Shown: positions 50,067-61,589 of the stretch, one piece after another
How the letters are laid out: each line of letters begins with the position of its first letter
How positions within the stretch are numbered: position 1 is the stretch's first letter
Source: an uncultured delta proteobacterium
GTDB taxonomy: Bacteria; Myxococcota_A; Polyangia; Polyangiales; Polyangiaceae
Length of the DNA: 64,000 bases
Reading direction: 5' to 3'
Assembly: GCA_963850305.1 (NCBI GenBank)
Contig: CAWKKR010000008.1
Location: 32,001-96,000, forward strand
Notes under the pieces: model-generated
What the model saw: the letters and a program-made list of their open reading frames with translations, nothing else
Told to the model about the DNA's origin: nothing
The model's database searches: none
Translations under genes and position numbers: made by a program

Positions 50067-51069
50067 TCAGCGCCCGTGTGCGCGTCGATAGGCGAGCGGG
50101 GTCTGGCCCGTCCATCTCCGGAAGGCGCGATGAAACGCGGCTCCGTGGGAAAATCCGAGCCGGGATGCGATCGAGGAAAAGTCGGCGTCGAGGCGCCCGA
50201 CGAAATCGAGCGCGAGCTGCCGGCGCGCCTGGTCGACGAGGTTTCTGAACGTCGTGCCTTCGCGTTCGAGCCTTCGCGCGAGGGTGCGCATGCTCATGCC
50301 GAGCTTGGACGACACGTCCCCGATGTCGGGACCGCCCAGGTCGAGCATCTCGTGGATCAACCTGAGGACGTCCGCGCTCACGCTCTTCGTCGGCGCAAGC
50401 TGCCCCATCGTCTGTTCCGCGTAGGGGACCAGCACCGCGTGCAGGTTCGGGTCCGCGCTCTTCAGCGACGCGTCGAGAAGACGGCGATCGAACTCGAAAC
50501 CGAGGAACGGCGCGCCGAATCGAACCGTCGCGGGGTCGAACGTCCGATGGTATTCCGCGACGCCGTCCGGAGCCGGATGAAGGAAGCACACGGCGACCTC
50601 CGACAGGGAATCCATCAGCCACTCACGGATGTGGTTCCGGAAGAAGCCCCCCACCTCGAAGTCGACGGCCGCCCGCGGCATGGACACGCTGTTGTCGAGG
50701 CAGACCCTCGCGGATTGTCCGTCGAGGACGAGGCGCACCTCGAGCACGTCGTTGATCAGACGGATGTAACGAGCGGCGCTGTCCAGAGCCTGCCGCACCG
50801 TCGGCGCGGAATCCGACGACGTAGTCGACGGTCCCGACGTCGCCTATGACCAGCCGGCGCGCCGCGCGTAACCCGAGATCCGGGTCGCCGGTGTGGGCGA
50901 TGGACATCTCGAGCCCCCGATGGGCGACCTCCACGAGCACCCGGTCGTCGACCGCACCAAAGGCGGCGACGAGATCCGGCATGTCGTCGTACTCTTCCAG
51001 GAGCTCCGCGAACGGGGAGAGCAGGCTGATCGCGTACGTCGGCCTGTTCCGCGAGCCCAGGGACTCCAT
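50067..51069 (-). CDS. AraC family regulator (frameshift at ~50811)
   Basis: GDPDLGL..SAPTVRQAL; C-terminal LGMSMRTLARRL and LGFSHGAAFHRAFRRWTG. Confidence 0.88.
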
Positions 51070-51125
51070 GCCTGGAGTCTACCTCCCTGGGGTGCGCTGC
51101 GGTCGTTGCCCGATGCGGGGAGCAG

Positions 51126-52370
51126 TTACCAGGCGTACTTCTTGAAGAAGGCCCACTCGAGCTCGGTCGCGCTCGCGAATCCGGCACCGGAACCGATGCA
51201 GTTCTGACACGTCGGCGCTCCGGCCCACGCATGGGCGAGCGTCGGGAACGTGCAGAGCTCGACTTGCCCGTCGGCGGGACAGCCATCGTAGAGATAGCAC
51301 TGGCCGTCGTTTCCCCCGGTCCCCGGCTCCGGGATGGTCTGGTAAGTCGTCTGGCAGCCGTTCTTTTGAGCCCAGAGCGTTGCGGACGGAGGGAAGCCGG
51401 TCTGGGCAGCTGCATTCGGGTCGTCGCAACCCGGCGCAATCAGAGGGTCCGCGCCGCCGTGGAAGATGATGATGGGCATGTGCCCGGTCTTGCAGCCGTC
51501 GAGGCTCGCAATGGTGGCCCCCGAGTGGGGCGCGACGGCACGGAAGTCCGGGCGGTCACAGGCGATGTGGTGCGAGAAGTAACCACCCATCGAGAACCCG
51601 GTGGCGAACATGTGACTCGTGTCGAGGCACTGGTCCTGCAGGACGTCCGCCTTGATGGCGTCGAGGAACGCGAAGTCCACGGGGTTCGGGTTACCCGCGA
51701 GTGAACCGAGGCCGCAGCATGGGGCGCCATCGGAGACGTTCCACGGCGCGAGAACGCCCGTGCCGGTCGCGGACGATGCCCCCTGCCCGTCGGGGAACAC
51801 GACAGCGATCCCCTCGCTATCCGCGAGCTGCGCGTATTCGGTCATATCGTAGAGCTCCGATCCGGTCTGCGAAGCGCCGTGGAAGACGTAGACGAACGGG
51901 AGCGGAGTCGCGGGGTTCGCCGCCTGGGGCAGGTACGCGACGTAGGACCGCTGCGTGCCGCCGACCGTTAGCGTGCGCAGCGTCTTGCCGCGCTGGCCTG
52001 TTCGCGTCCCGCAATTCTCGCCCGTCGCCGGCGAGCCTCCAGCACCGAACGCGCCCGAGGAGCCGCCGCTCGAAGTCGTGCCTCCCACGCCACTCCCTCC
52101 CGAGCCTGCGCCGGCGAATCCCGGGAAGCCACCGCTCGACGTCGCGCCTGCGTTACCGGCGCCACCGACGAAGCCGCCGGCTCCGACCGGAGGAGTGCCG
52201 CCGAACGCCGTTGCTCCTCCCATCCCGGTGGAGCCCCCCGTGGACGCGTCCAACAACGGCGGGTTGCTCGTGCCCGCGGGAAGCGGATCGCTCGTGGCAC
52301 ATCCGGCAAGCGCCACGGCGACGCACCCGGCGAAGGCCACCCTCGACTGATTCGTCTGCATTATGCGCAT
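51126..52370 (-). CDS. Secreted esterase, PHB-depolymerase/LpqC-like, lipoprotein
   Basis: Lipobox LAGC; VFHG, VFPDG, nucleophile GFSMGG, FHGGADP, HAW. Confidence 0.85.
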   Translation of the reverse strand: MRIMQTNQSRVAFAGCVAVALAGCATSDPLPAGTSNPPLLDASTGGSTGMGGATAFGGTPPVGAGGFVGGAGNAGATSSGGFPGFAGAGSGGSGVGGTTSSGGSSGAFGAGGSPATGENCGTRTGQRGKTLRTLTVGGTQRSYVAYLPQAANPATPLPFVYVFHGASQTGSELYDMTEYAQLADSEGIAVVFPDGQGASSATGTGVLAPWNVSDGAPCCGLGSLAGNPNPVDFAFLDAIKADVLQDQCLDTSHMFATGFSMGGYFSHHIACDRPDFRAVAPHSGATIASLDGCKTGHMPIIIFHGGADPLIAPGCDDPNAAAQTGFPPSATLWAQKNGCQTTYQTIPEPGTGGNDGQCYLYDGCPADGQVELCTFPTLAHAWAGAPTCQNCIGSGAGFASATELEWAFFKKYAW

Positions 52371-52429
52371 CGTGCCTCGCAGGAGTTGGAGTGGAGGGAA
52401 TCGAGATGACGAGCTGGAGGAGCGCGCGC

Positions 52430-53905
52430 TCACGGATTGAGGAGCTGCACGCGTCCGTAACCACCGCCACCGCCCGGGCTGCCTCCTACGCAGTCCTGCC
52501 CGGTGGTGCCCGGACTGTTGTTGCGCGTGGAGCCAGCGCTGCCGTTCGAGCAATGGAAGTAGCCTCCGTCGGGACCGCCCTTGCCACCGTTCGCCGTGAT
52601 CGTGGATCCCGTCGTCGCGAGCGTGCTCGCCTCGAGGAGGATCCCTCCGCCGCTGCCGCCGCCCGAGCCCCCGCCTTCGTCGCTCGTCCCGCAGTCGAGC
52701 GCTCCGTCGCCTCCGTTCGCGATCACGCTGCCCGTCACCGTCAGCGTCCCAGCCGACGATATCTGCACCGCGCCGCCGCCCGCGCCGCCCGCGGAGCTGC
52801 AACCGCCGGCACTGCCGCCGGCGCACCCGGCCCACAACGGGTCCGACGCGCTCATCGTTCGCGCGACCCCGCCCGTGCCACCCGGCTGAACGACGAGGCT
52901 GCCGCCGCAGCATTTGTCCGTGTTCGCCTTGCCGCCGTCGCCTCCGTCCGTCACGAACCCGCCGCCGCCGCCTCCGCTAGCGCCGTCGTTTCTCGCCGTA
53001 TCGCCGGAGCCGGCGCCACCCTGGCTCGCTCCGCACGACACGTTACCGCCGGCACCTGGCGTCGGGCCCGTCGCGCTGGCGTCCACCTTCCCCGCGATGC
53101 CCACGTCTCCGAACACCGCGAGGATCACGGGGCGCGTACCCGTCAGCTGCAGCGTCGCGGCCTTGGCCACCGTAAGCGCGTTCAGCGGCAGCACCACCAC
53201 GTCCGGACCGCCCGCCTGCGTCAGCACCACCGGCGTCGGCTGGAACTGTCCACACCAGTTGCCGAAACTCAGGCTCCCGGAATCGAACGTCGATATGCCG
53301 CACCCGAGCACCACCGTCGAGCTCGTCGTCACTGCGCCTTGATAGGTACTCGGGTCGAAGTGGGTCGGCGTGTACCCGAAGCTCACCACCGTCCCACTCG
53401 TCCCGCCGCCGCTGCCACTCGCTCCACCAGAGCCCGTCGCGCCACCATCACCGATCGTTCCACCCGAACCCGATCCCCCACCCGAACCCGATCCCCCACC
53501 CGAACCCGATCCCCCACCCGAACCCGATCCCCCACCCGATCCGATCATGCCGCCCGCGCCCACATCGCCGCCCGAACCCGATCCCCCGCCCGAACCCGAT
53601 CCCCCGCCCGAACCCGATCCCCCACCCGATCCGATCATGCCGCCCGCGCCAACATCGCCGCCCGCGCCCGATCCCCCACCCGATCCGATCACGCCGCCCG
53701 CGCCAACATCGCCGCCCGCGCCCACTTCGCCGCCCGAACCCGATCCCCCACCCGATCCGATCATGCCGCCCGCGCCTGACGCGCCGCCGCTCGAAAGCCC
53801 AGCGTCCCACGAGAGCACGGATTGAGATTGGACGTCCTGCCCCCTGGCGCACGCCGAACCGAGCAGAGCGAAACCGATCGCGATTCGCGTACTAAGGATG
53901 CTCAT
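52430..53905 (-). CDS. Gly-rich secreted lipoprotein
   Basis: Lipobox GSAC; GSGGGS linker; GGGGGA/GGGSGG repeats; ends GGGGGYGRVQL. Confidence 0.8.
   Translation of the reverse strand: MSILSTRIAIGFALLGSACARGQDVQSQSVLSWDAGLSSGGASGAGGMIGSGGGSGSGGEVGAGGDVGAGGVIGSGGGSGAGGDVGAGGMIGSGGGSGSGGGSGSGGGSGSGGDVGAGGMIGSGGGSGSGGGSGSGGGSGSGGGSGSGGTIGDGGATGSGGASGSGGGTSGTVVSFGYTPTHFDPSTYQGAVTTSSTVVLGCGISTFDSGSLSFGNWCGQFQPTPVVLTQAGGPDVVVLPLNALTVAKAATLQLTGTRPVILAVFGDVGIAGKVDASATGPTPGAGGNVSCGASQGGAGSGDTARNDGASGGGGGGFVTDGGDGGKANTDKCCGGSLVVQPGGTGGVARTMSASDPLWAGCAGGSAGGCSSAGGAGGGAVQISSAGTLTVTGSVIANGGDGALDCGTSDEGGGSGGGSGGGILLEASTLATTGSTITANGGKGGPDGGYFHCSNGSAGSTRNNSPGTTGQDCVGGSPGGGGGYGRVQLLNP
53450..53790 (-). repeat. 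18-nt coding tandem repeats (GSGGGS/GAGGDV/GAGGMI hexapeptides)
   Basis: Repeated CCCGAACCCGATCCCCCAC-type units. Confidence 0.9.
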
Positions 53906-54067
53906 GCGCGCTTCCCTGAGTCTCACACGCCGGGGCTTGCCCCGGCGCGCCATTCTGTTGCCCAGCGGCGCCACGTGCCCGCGCGCACGCCCTCCCCGGG
54001 GCGTTGCCGTTTCGGCGGGGGCCGCGTTTTGCGTTCGGGGTCTGCACCGTGCTAGCCGTGCACACCA

Positions 54068-57010
54068 TGCGCACCCGGTCGTCGTTCTCGTCGACTCCAC
54101 GAGCCGGCACGCCCCGCGCACGACCGCACGATGTCATCGAGATCACCGGCGCGCGCGAGCACAACCTGAAGGTCGACCACCTGGTCCTGCCGAAGAACGC
54201 GCTGGTCGTGTTGACGGGTCCGAGCGGCTCGGGAAAGTCGAGTCTCGCGTTCGATACGCTCTACGCGGAGGGGCAGCGGCGCTACGTGGAGTCGCTCTCG
54301 ACGTACGCGCGTCAGTTCCTCGGAAGGCTCGATCGGCCCGCGGTCGAGCGGCTACGCGGGCTCTCGCCAACGATCGCCATCGAGCAGAAGAGCGCATCGT
54401 CCAATCCGCGTTCGACGGTCGGCACCATCACGGAGCTCCACGATTATCTGCGCGTCCTCTGGGCGAAGGCGGGCCGGCAGCACTGTACCGTGTGCGGGCT
54501 GGAGGTGCGAAGCCGGAGCGTGGACGAGATCGCCGAGGACGTTCTCGCGCTGCCAAGGGGGTCGAAGGTCCTCTTCTATGCGCCGATCGTGATGCACCGA
54601 AAAGGAGAGTTCCGGGAGCTCTTTGCGGAGCTCCTCGGGCGCGGCTTCGCGCGGGTTCGGGTGGACGGAACCGTGCACCGGCTGGAAGCCCCTCCCGCGC
54701 TCGACAAGAAGAAGAAGCATTCCGTGGAGCTCGTGCTCGATCGTCTCACTGTGGAGCCTGCATCGCGCCCGCGGATCGCCGAAGCGGTGGAACTCGGCCT
54801 CCGCGAGGGGAAGGGAGAGCTCCTCGCGGAGCCGGAACGCGGAGCGCCGCGACGCTTCTCGGCGGCCCGCGCGTGCTGCGGCAAGAGCTACCCGGAACCG
54901 TCGCCGGCGAGCTTCTCGTTCAACTCGCCCGTGGGGATGTGCAGCGCGTGCAACGGCCTGGGCACCCGTACGGAGATCGATCCGGACCTCGTCGTGCCGG
55001 ATCGGTCGCGGTCGATCCGCGAGGGCGCGATCGCCCCCTGGGCCACCTCCGTCGAGCGCGGGGAAGGCTGGACGTTTCGCATCATCGAGGGCATGGCGAA
55101 AGCGACGGGCGTCGATCTCGACGTGCCGTTCGGCAAGCTGTCGAAGAAGCTCCGCGATCAGGTGCTTTACGGACTCGAAGGCAAGAAAATCCAGGTGACC
55201 TGGGGCGAGGCCGGGACGGAGAGCCACGGCACGTGGGGCGTCCGCTTCCAGGGCGTCATCCCGAATTTGATGCGGCGGTATCGGGAGACCAGCTCGGAGA
55301 AGATGCGCGAGCAGTACCAGAAGTACCTGAGCGAGGTGGTCTGCGACCAGTGCAACGGCCAGAGGCTTCGCGCCGAGAGCCTGTCGGTCCGCGTGGGCGG
55401 ACGCGGCATCGCGGACGTGGCGGCCCTGTCCGTGCAAGACTGCCGCACCTGGTTCGACGCGCTCGCTCTACGGGAGAGCGACCGTAAGATCGCGGAGGGG
55501 CCGCTTCGCGAAATCCACGGCCGGCTCGAGTTCCTGCTCGACGTCGGGCTCGAGTACCTGAGCCTCGACCGCTCGGGACCGACCCTCTCCGGCGGCGAAG
55601 CGCAGCGGATCCGCCTGGCGAGTCAGCTCGGCAGCGAGCTGTCCGGGGTGCTCTACGTGCTCGATGAGCCGAGCATCGGGCTTCATCCGCGCGACAACCA
55701 GCGGCTGATCCGCACCCTCTACCACCTTCGAGATCTGGGTAACTCCGTCCTCGTCGTCGAGCACGACCAGGAGACGATCCTGGCGGCGGATCACGTCGTG
55801 GATTTCGGACCGGGCGCGGGGCACCTCGGCGGGCAGGTGACGTTCGAGGGGCCACCCGCGGCGCTCGCCAAGGCCAAGGGCAGCCTGACGGCGGACTACA
55901 TCGCTGGGCGCAGGCGTATCGAGGTGCCGGCTCTGCGGCGCAAACCTACCGGGGCACTCGTCGTGCGGGGTGCGCGGGAGAACAACCTGAAGGACATCGA
56001 CGTGACCTTTCCGCTCGGCTGCATCGATCGCCATCACGGGTCCGAGCGGCGCCGGAAAGAGCTCCCTCGTGAACGGCATTCTCTTGCCCGCGCTCGCGAG
56101 GGAGCTTCACCAGGCCACCGACCGCGTCGGTGCACACCGCGCGATCGAAGGCAAGAACGGCATCGACAAGGTGATCGCCATCGATCAGCGGCCCATTGGA
56201 CGCACACCGCGGAGCAACCCCGGCACCTACACGAAGGCGTTCGACGAGATCCGCACCATCTTCGCGCAGCTCCCGGACGCGCGCGTGCGGGGGTGGGACG
56301 CGGCGCGCTTCAGCTTCAATCTGAAGGGTGGCCGCTGCGAGGCTTGCGAGGGAGACGGCGTCGTCCGCGTGGAGATGCACTTTCTGAGCGACGTGTACGT
56401 GACCTGCGACGTCTGCCAGGGCAAACGCTACGACGCCGAGACACTCTCCGTGAAGTACAAGGGGAAGAGCATTGCCGACATCCTGGACACGGACGTCGAC
56501 GCCTGCGAGAAGCTGTTCTCAGCGCACTCCGGGCTCGCGCGGATCCTGCGCACCCTCTCGAACGTCGGCCTCGGCTACGTGAAGCTCGGCCAGCCCGCGC
56601 CGACGCTCTCGGGCGGGGAGGCGCAGCGGATCAAGCTGTCCCGGGAGCTCTCGCGCACTCAGACACGCCGCACCCTCTACGTCCTCGACGAGCCCACGAC
56701 GGGCCTCCATTTCGACGACGTGCGGCGTCTGCTCGACGTCATCCGGCGGCTCGTCGATGCGGGGAACACGGTGGTCGTCATCGAGCATCACCTCGACGTC
56801 GTGAAATGCGCCGACCACGTGGTCGACATGGGTCCGGGAGGGGGCGACGCCGGCGGTCACGTCGTGGCGGAGGGCACGCCGGAGGCGATTGCGAGGAGCC
56901 GGAAGAGCGTGACGGGCCCGCACCTGGCGCCGTTCCTCGGACTACGAGCCCCGCGAGGTAGCTCGCCGAATCAACGGGTGATCTCGAACGCGAGGGCGGC
57001 TCCATCGTAG
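54068..57010 (+). CDS. uvrA: Excinuclease ABC subunit A (frameshift at ~56026, probably a sequencing error)
   Basis: [31 protein letters not shown], two [27 protein letters not shown]. Confidence 0.97.
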
Positions 57011-57025
57011 TATAGTCTCGCGCAT

Positions 57026-57475
57026 ATGATTCGCAGGATTCTCGCGACCGTGGACGACTCACCGAGGGCCGTGTGCGTCGTCACGATGGCGGCGGAAGTT
57101 GCGCGGAGCTCCGCAGCCACCGTTCGTGTCTACCACGCCGTCGCGGTCCCCCCGGACTTCCCGCCCGCGGCGGCAACACGGACGGCGGACTTACTGCCGG
57201 CGTATCTCCATGAGCGCGCGGTCGAACGACTTCAGGAGCTCGCGGCCCACCTCGAGGGCGTGCCGTTCGACACCGTGGTCGAGGAGGCGCAACACACCGC
57301 GAGAGCCATCGTGGCTGCCGCGGTTTTCTACGACGCGGACCTCATCGTGATCGGGAGTCACCGCCATGTCTTCATGGACCGCCTGCTCGGGACGACCTCG
57401 GGGCACGTCGTGAACACCTCGCCTCGGGACGTTCTCGTCGTGCGCCGGGATCCATGCGAAGGATCGCCCGCATGA
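57026..57475 (+). CDS. Universal stress protein
   Basis: RILATVD, ADLIVIGSH, LLGTT..DVLVVR. Confidence 0.88.
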   Translation: MIRRILATVDDSPRAVCVVTMAAEVARSSAATVRVYHAVAVPPDFPPAAATRTADLLPAYLHERAVERLQELAAHLEGVPFDTVVEEAQHTARAIVAAAVFYDADLIVIGSHRHVFMDRLLGTTSGHVVNTSPRDVLVVRRDPCEGSPA

Positions 57476-57934
57476 TCGAATTCAAACACGTCCTCGTCCC
57501 GACCAACTTCTCGGAGCCCTCTCGGCACGCGCTCGAGAATCGCCATGGACCTTGCCGGCAAATATCGAGCCTCGCTCACGCTCGTCCACGTCTGCGAGAT
57601 CCCCGCCTACGGCTATTCGGGGATGCAGCTCGGAGGCACGGACTTCTTCACTCCCCTTCGAGAAGCGGCACGACGCCACCTCGACGACGAGATGCGCGAG
57701 CTCCGGAAGACCGTGCCGGAAGCCACCGGGATCCTGCGCATCGGAATTCCCGCGCAGGAAATCCTTCAGACCATGAACGAGACCCATGCCGACCTGGTCG
57801 TCATGGGGACCCACGGGCGCCGCGGGCTCGAGCACTTGCTTCTCGGGAGCGTGGCCGAGAAAGTCGTCCGCATGTCACCCGTTCCGGTCCTGACGGTTCG
57901 CGACAGCGGCACCTCCCCCGCGCAGGGCGAGTGA
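57472..57934 (+). CDS. Universal stress protein (frameshift at ~57539)
   Basis: [14 protein letters not shown] plus [28 protein letters not shown]. Confidence 0.88.
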
Positions 57935-57986
57935 CCAGATCCATCGCGTGCCGCCCGGCCGAAACATCGAAGTATAGGAAGCAATC

Positions 57987-58436
57987 ATGAAACGAATCGA
58001 ACGCATCGTCGTGGGAACGGATTTCAGCCCCGTCGCGGAACGGGCCCTGGACGAGGCGCTGGACCTCGCCTCCCAGCTCGGCGCAAGCGTGATCCTCGTG
58101 CACGCCTACGAGATCCCGGCTTTCAGCTTTCCCGATGCGGTCGTCACGGCGACGTCGGAGATGGTGCAGGCGATCGCCACCGCGAGTCTCGCGGGCCTCG
58201 CGGCTTCGGTCGAGCGCCGAAAACAGCGGGGAATCGAGATTCGCACGGTGTTACGCGTCGGCGCGCCTTCGGATGAGCTCGAGGCGGTCGCGCGCGAAGA
58301 GGGCGCCGATCTCATCGTCGTCGGCACACACGGGCGCGGTGGCATTTCTCACGTGCTACTCGGGAGCGTCGCCGAACGCCTTCTCCGGAAGGCGACTCGC
58401 CCGGTCGTCGTCATTCGCGGGGCGGAGGCGTCGTGA
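57987..58436 (+). CDS. Universal stress protein
   Basis: RIVVGTDFS, GTHGRGGISHVLLGSVAE. Confidence 0.92.
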   Translation: MKRIERIVVGTDFSPVAERALDEALDLASQLGASVILVHAYEIPAFSFPDAVVTATSEMVQAIATASLAGLAASVERRKQRGIEIRTVLRVGAPSDELEAVAREEGADLIVVGTHGRGGISHVLLGSVAERLLRKATRPVVVIRGAEAS

Positions 58437-58478
58437 CGCGCCTCCGGGCGGCCCAAATTCCGCTACGCTCGGGGAATC

Positions 58479-60734
58479 ATGCGCGTCCTGGTTCTTCGCG
58501 CTCCCCCGGCTCACGCTGCGGAGAGTCTGCCACCCTGCTTCGCCACGCCCATCGATGAAGGGGCGCTCCGCGAGTGGCTCGCGCACCCGAGCGCGCGCCG
58601 CGCCTTCTCCCCCGTGCGCGCCGGGGCACGGATAGAAGAGGTTCTGTCGACGCTCGACGGCGCTCACGGCGACCACGGCGATGCGATTGCCGTGCTTTAT
58701 GTGCCCGCGCGGACCCTCGTTGGTCCCGAGGATGCAGCGGCGCTCGACCTGGATGCGGCGTTCGCGCACACCAGCGCCGCAGCCGACGAAAGCGTCGAGA
58801 CGCTCATCGCGGACGCCGAGTCCTTCTTCGAAAAGGACGATTGGATCACAGCCGAGCGGCTGTTTCGCCTGGCCGACGACAAGCTCGGCGAAGAGACGAG
58901 CGTCCGGCGCGCCGAGGTCCTCGTCGGGCTCGGGGAGATCTCGCGTCTGCAGGGGCGCGCCGCGGAGGCCGCCCGGATCCTCGACCATGCGCTCTCGATG
59001 TCGCCCGGAAACCAGATCGCCCAGAGAGGCCGGACGACCCTCGCGCGGACTCTCGGCGAACACGCCCTCGCGGCGTCCCTGCTCCACCGCCTCGCTTCCA
59101 TCGAGAGTGATCCCCACGAGAAGGGCGAGCTGCTGAGCACGGTCGCCGCCGAGTCCCTCGAGGCCGCGCGCGAGGCGATTGCCGCGGCGCTCGTGCTCAA
59201 TCCGGCGGACAGGGGTCTCCTCGAGCGGCTGCGCGCCGCGTACGAGGCGGCGGGCAAGTGGGACGACGCGGTCACCGTGAGCGTTCAGCTCGCCGAGGGC
59301 ATCTCCGATCGCAAGGAGCGGGCTCGCGCGCTCGCGGCCGCGGCGGCGCTGTCCGCCTCTCGCACCCGTAATGCCGCGCGCGCGGTCGCCCTCTATGAAG
59401 CGGCCATCACCGACGATCCGCAGGTCCCCGGGGCCTTCGAGGCGATCGAAACCGCGCTCATCGCTGCTGGAGATTCGACGGGCCTCGCCGCGGCGTACGA
59501 GCGACAGATCGAGCGCCTTCCGGGCGAAGAGGCGTCCGCGGAACGCGTCGCGCTGCTCGGACGGTTCGCCGTGGTGCTCCGGGATTGGTTGAAGGACAAG
59601 CACGGCGCGATCCGCGCGCTCGACCGCCTCGCCGCCGCTGCTCCCGATAACCTGCAGGTCCGCATCGATCTCGCCGATCTGCTCGACGAGGTCGGCGAGC
59701 GCACGCTCGCCACGCGGTGTCTCGAGGTCGCGGCCCAGCAGGACCCCCTCGCCCCGTCGGTCTACCGGCGGCTCCTGCGTTCCTTCAAGAAGCTCGGCGA
59801 TCCGGACCGGGCCTTTGCGGCGAGCGCCGCCATGGTTGCCCTCGGAGAAGCCGACGGGGACGAGCAAGCGCTCTACGCCGAACACGCGCCGCTCTCGCCG
59901 CTCCCCTTCAAGCGCCCCTTCGACGACGACATCTGGACCGAGCTCGCGACGGACGAGCACGCAACCGACATCGAGTCCGTCTTCGCCGAGATCGAGGACG
60001 TCTGCATCGAAGCGTGGATCGCCACGCGCGAGCTCGGCGGCGGGCTCTCGAAGCCGCAGGAGGAACTCCGGGTGGACCCCGCGACGACGACCGTCACGGC
60101 GGTGCGCACCTTCGCCTGGGCGAGCCGTCTGATCGGCGTTCCCGAGCCGGCGCTCTACGCCGCGCCGGACAACGCGCGCGTGAGCGCCGCCACGCTCCCG
60201 GCACGTACGAAATCCGTGCTCCTCGGACGCCCCGTGCTCACCGGACGTTCCCCGGTGGAGCTCGTGTTCATCGCGGCGCGCCACCTTTCGTACTTTCGCC
60301 CCGGGCGTCACGTCCTCGCCTATTACCCCACGCGGCCCGAGCTCGAACAATTACTCCTCGCGGCCGTCACCGTGCTCCGTCCAGATCTCGTTCCACGGAC
60401 GTCGCTCCGTTCGTCGGCGCTCGACGTCGGCGCGCGCCTCGAGCGCACGCTCGATCCCGCTCGTCGCGCCCGTCTCGGCGTGGCCCTCGGCAAGATCTGG
60501 ACGGGCGGCGGCGTCGTGAATCTCCAAGGTTGGCTCCGGAGCGTCGAAGCAACCGCGTGCCGCGCCGCGCTGCTCGCAACGGGCGACATCGCCGTCGCAC
60601 GGCTCCTCCTGGCCGTATCCGGCGGTCCCGCAGGTGGCCTCTCCGCGGCCGATCGTGTGCGCGACCTGCTCGGCTTCTCCGTGACCCAGCGCTACGCCGC
60701 ACTCCGGCGATTGCTCGGCGTCAGCGTCGGGTAA
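58479..60734 (+). CDS. TPR-repeat protein with a myxobacterial-type C-terminal domain
   Basis: Helical repeats; ELVFIAARHLSYFRP, TACRAALLATGD and LRRLLG motifs. Confidence 0.75.
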   Translation: MRVLVLRAPPAHAAESLPPCFATPIDEGALREWLAHPSARRAFSPVRAGARIEEVLSTLDGAHGDHGDAIAVLYVPARTLVGPEDAAALDLDAAFAHTSAAADESVETLIADAESFFEKDDWITAERLFRLADDKLGEETSVRRAEVLVGLGEISRLQGRAAEAARILDHALSMSPGNQIAQRGRTTLARTLGEHALAASLLHRLASIESDPHEKGELLSTVAAESLEAAREAIAAALVLNPADRGLLERLRAAYEAAGKWDDAVTVSVQLAEGISDRKERARALAAAAALSASRTRNAARAVALYEAAITDDPQVPGAFEAIETALIAAGDSTGLAAAYERQIERLPGEEASAERVALLGRFAVVLRDWLKDKHGAIRALDRLAAAAPDNLQVRIDLADLLDEVGERTLATRCLEVAAQQDPLAPSVYRRLLRSFKKLGDPDRAFAASAAMVALGEADGDEQALYAEHAPLSPLPFKRPFDDDIWTELATDEHATDIESVFAEIEDVCIEAWIATRELGGGLSKPQEELRVDPATTTVTAVRTFAWASRLIGVPEPALYAAPDNARVSAATLPARTKSVLLGRPVLTGRSPVELVFIAARHLSYFRPGRHVLAYYPTRPELEQLLLAAVTVLRPDLVPRTSLRSSALDVGARLERTLDPARRARLGVALGKIWTGGGVVNLQGWLRSVEATACRAALLATGDIAVARLLLAVSGGPAGGLSAADRVRDLLGFSVTQRYAALRRLLGVSVG

Positions 60735-60839
60735 CCCTCGATCCTCGCTCATCCGGGGGCACGCGGGGCGTCCCGCGGCGGAGCTCGACAGAAGCGCGCC
60801 AGCAGGGAAACGCCGTCGCGGCGTCACCCCCCGCCACGA

Positions 60840-61544
60840 TTACCAGCTCTCCTTGAACGGACGCGCTTCCACCTCGAACGACCACGCGGAGCGCGGCTGC
60901 GTCGTCAGATGGAACGCCGTGTCGGCGAGATCGTCCGGCGCGACGAAGAAGTCGTCCGGCTTGTCCTTCATCATGGTGCGCGTCCGCGGCAGATCGACGA
61001 CGCCGTCCACGATGACGAGTGCGACGTGGATGTGCTGGGGCCACAGATGCCGCGCCATGGACTCGGTGAGGCTCTTCTGCGCCGCCTTCGCCGGCGCGAA
61101 GGCAGCGGTGCGAGCCACCCCGCGGCGGGAGGACGTCGCGCCGATCACGACGATATTGCCGCCACCTTGCCGCTTCATCGACGGGATGGCCTTCTTCGCG
61201 GCGAGCAGCAAGCCGAGCGCGTTCACGCGAAAGGACCCCTCGAGCGCCGACGGCTCGATGTCCTCGACCGTGCCCCACGTGCCCGAGCCCGCGTTGTAAG
61301 CCAGCGTGTGCACCGGCCCCATCTCCCGCTCGATCGCGTCGAAAGTCTTCGAGACCGACGCGGCGTCCGTCACGTCGCACTCGTAGGCCCGTGCACCCGG
61401 AAGACTCGCCGCGAGCGGCCCGCTCGTCGCGGACGTCCTCGCGAGGAGCGCGACGGCATAGCCCTCCTTCGCGAAGCGACGCCCGAGCGCCGCGCCGTTC
61501 CCCGGCCCTACCCCCACCACGACGCATATCTTCTTGGTTGTCAT
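60840..61544 (-). CDS. Short-chain dehydrogenase/reductase
   Basis: GVGPGNG, YNAG, GATSSRRG, FAPAK, IVDG. Confidence 0.9.
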   Translation of the reverse strand: MTTKKICVVVGVGPGNGAALGRRFAKEGYAVALLARTSATSGPLAASLPGARAYECDVTDAASVSKTFDAIEREMGPVHTLAYNAGSGTWGTVEDIEPSALEGSFRVNALGLLLAAKKAIPSMKRQGGGNIVVIGATSSRRGVARTAAFAPAKAAQKSLTESMARHLWPQHIHVALVIVDGVVDLPRTRTMMKDKPDDFFVAPDDLADTAFHLTTQPRSAWSFEVEARPFKESW

Positions 61545-61589
61545 GACCTCGGCGTAGCACGGCCGGAGGCGGAACCCGCTTCAGACACG

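Noticed and set aside
56020..56030. Programmed frameshift or pseudogenisation of uvrA
   Set aside because: No slippery sequence, both halves are intact, and it fits the GATC-linked error pattern.
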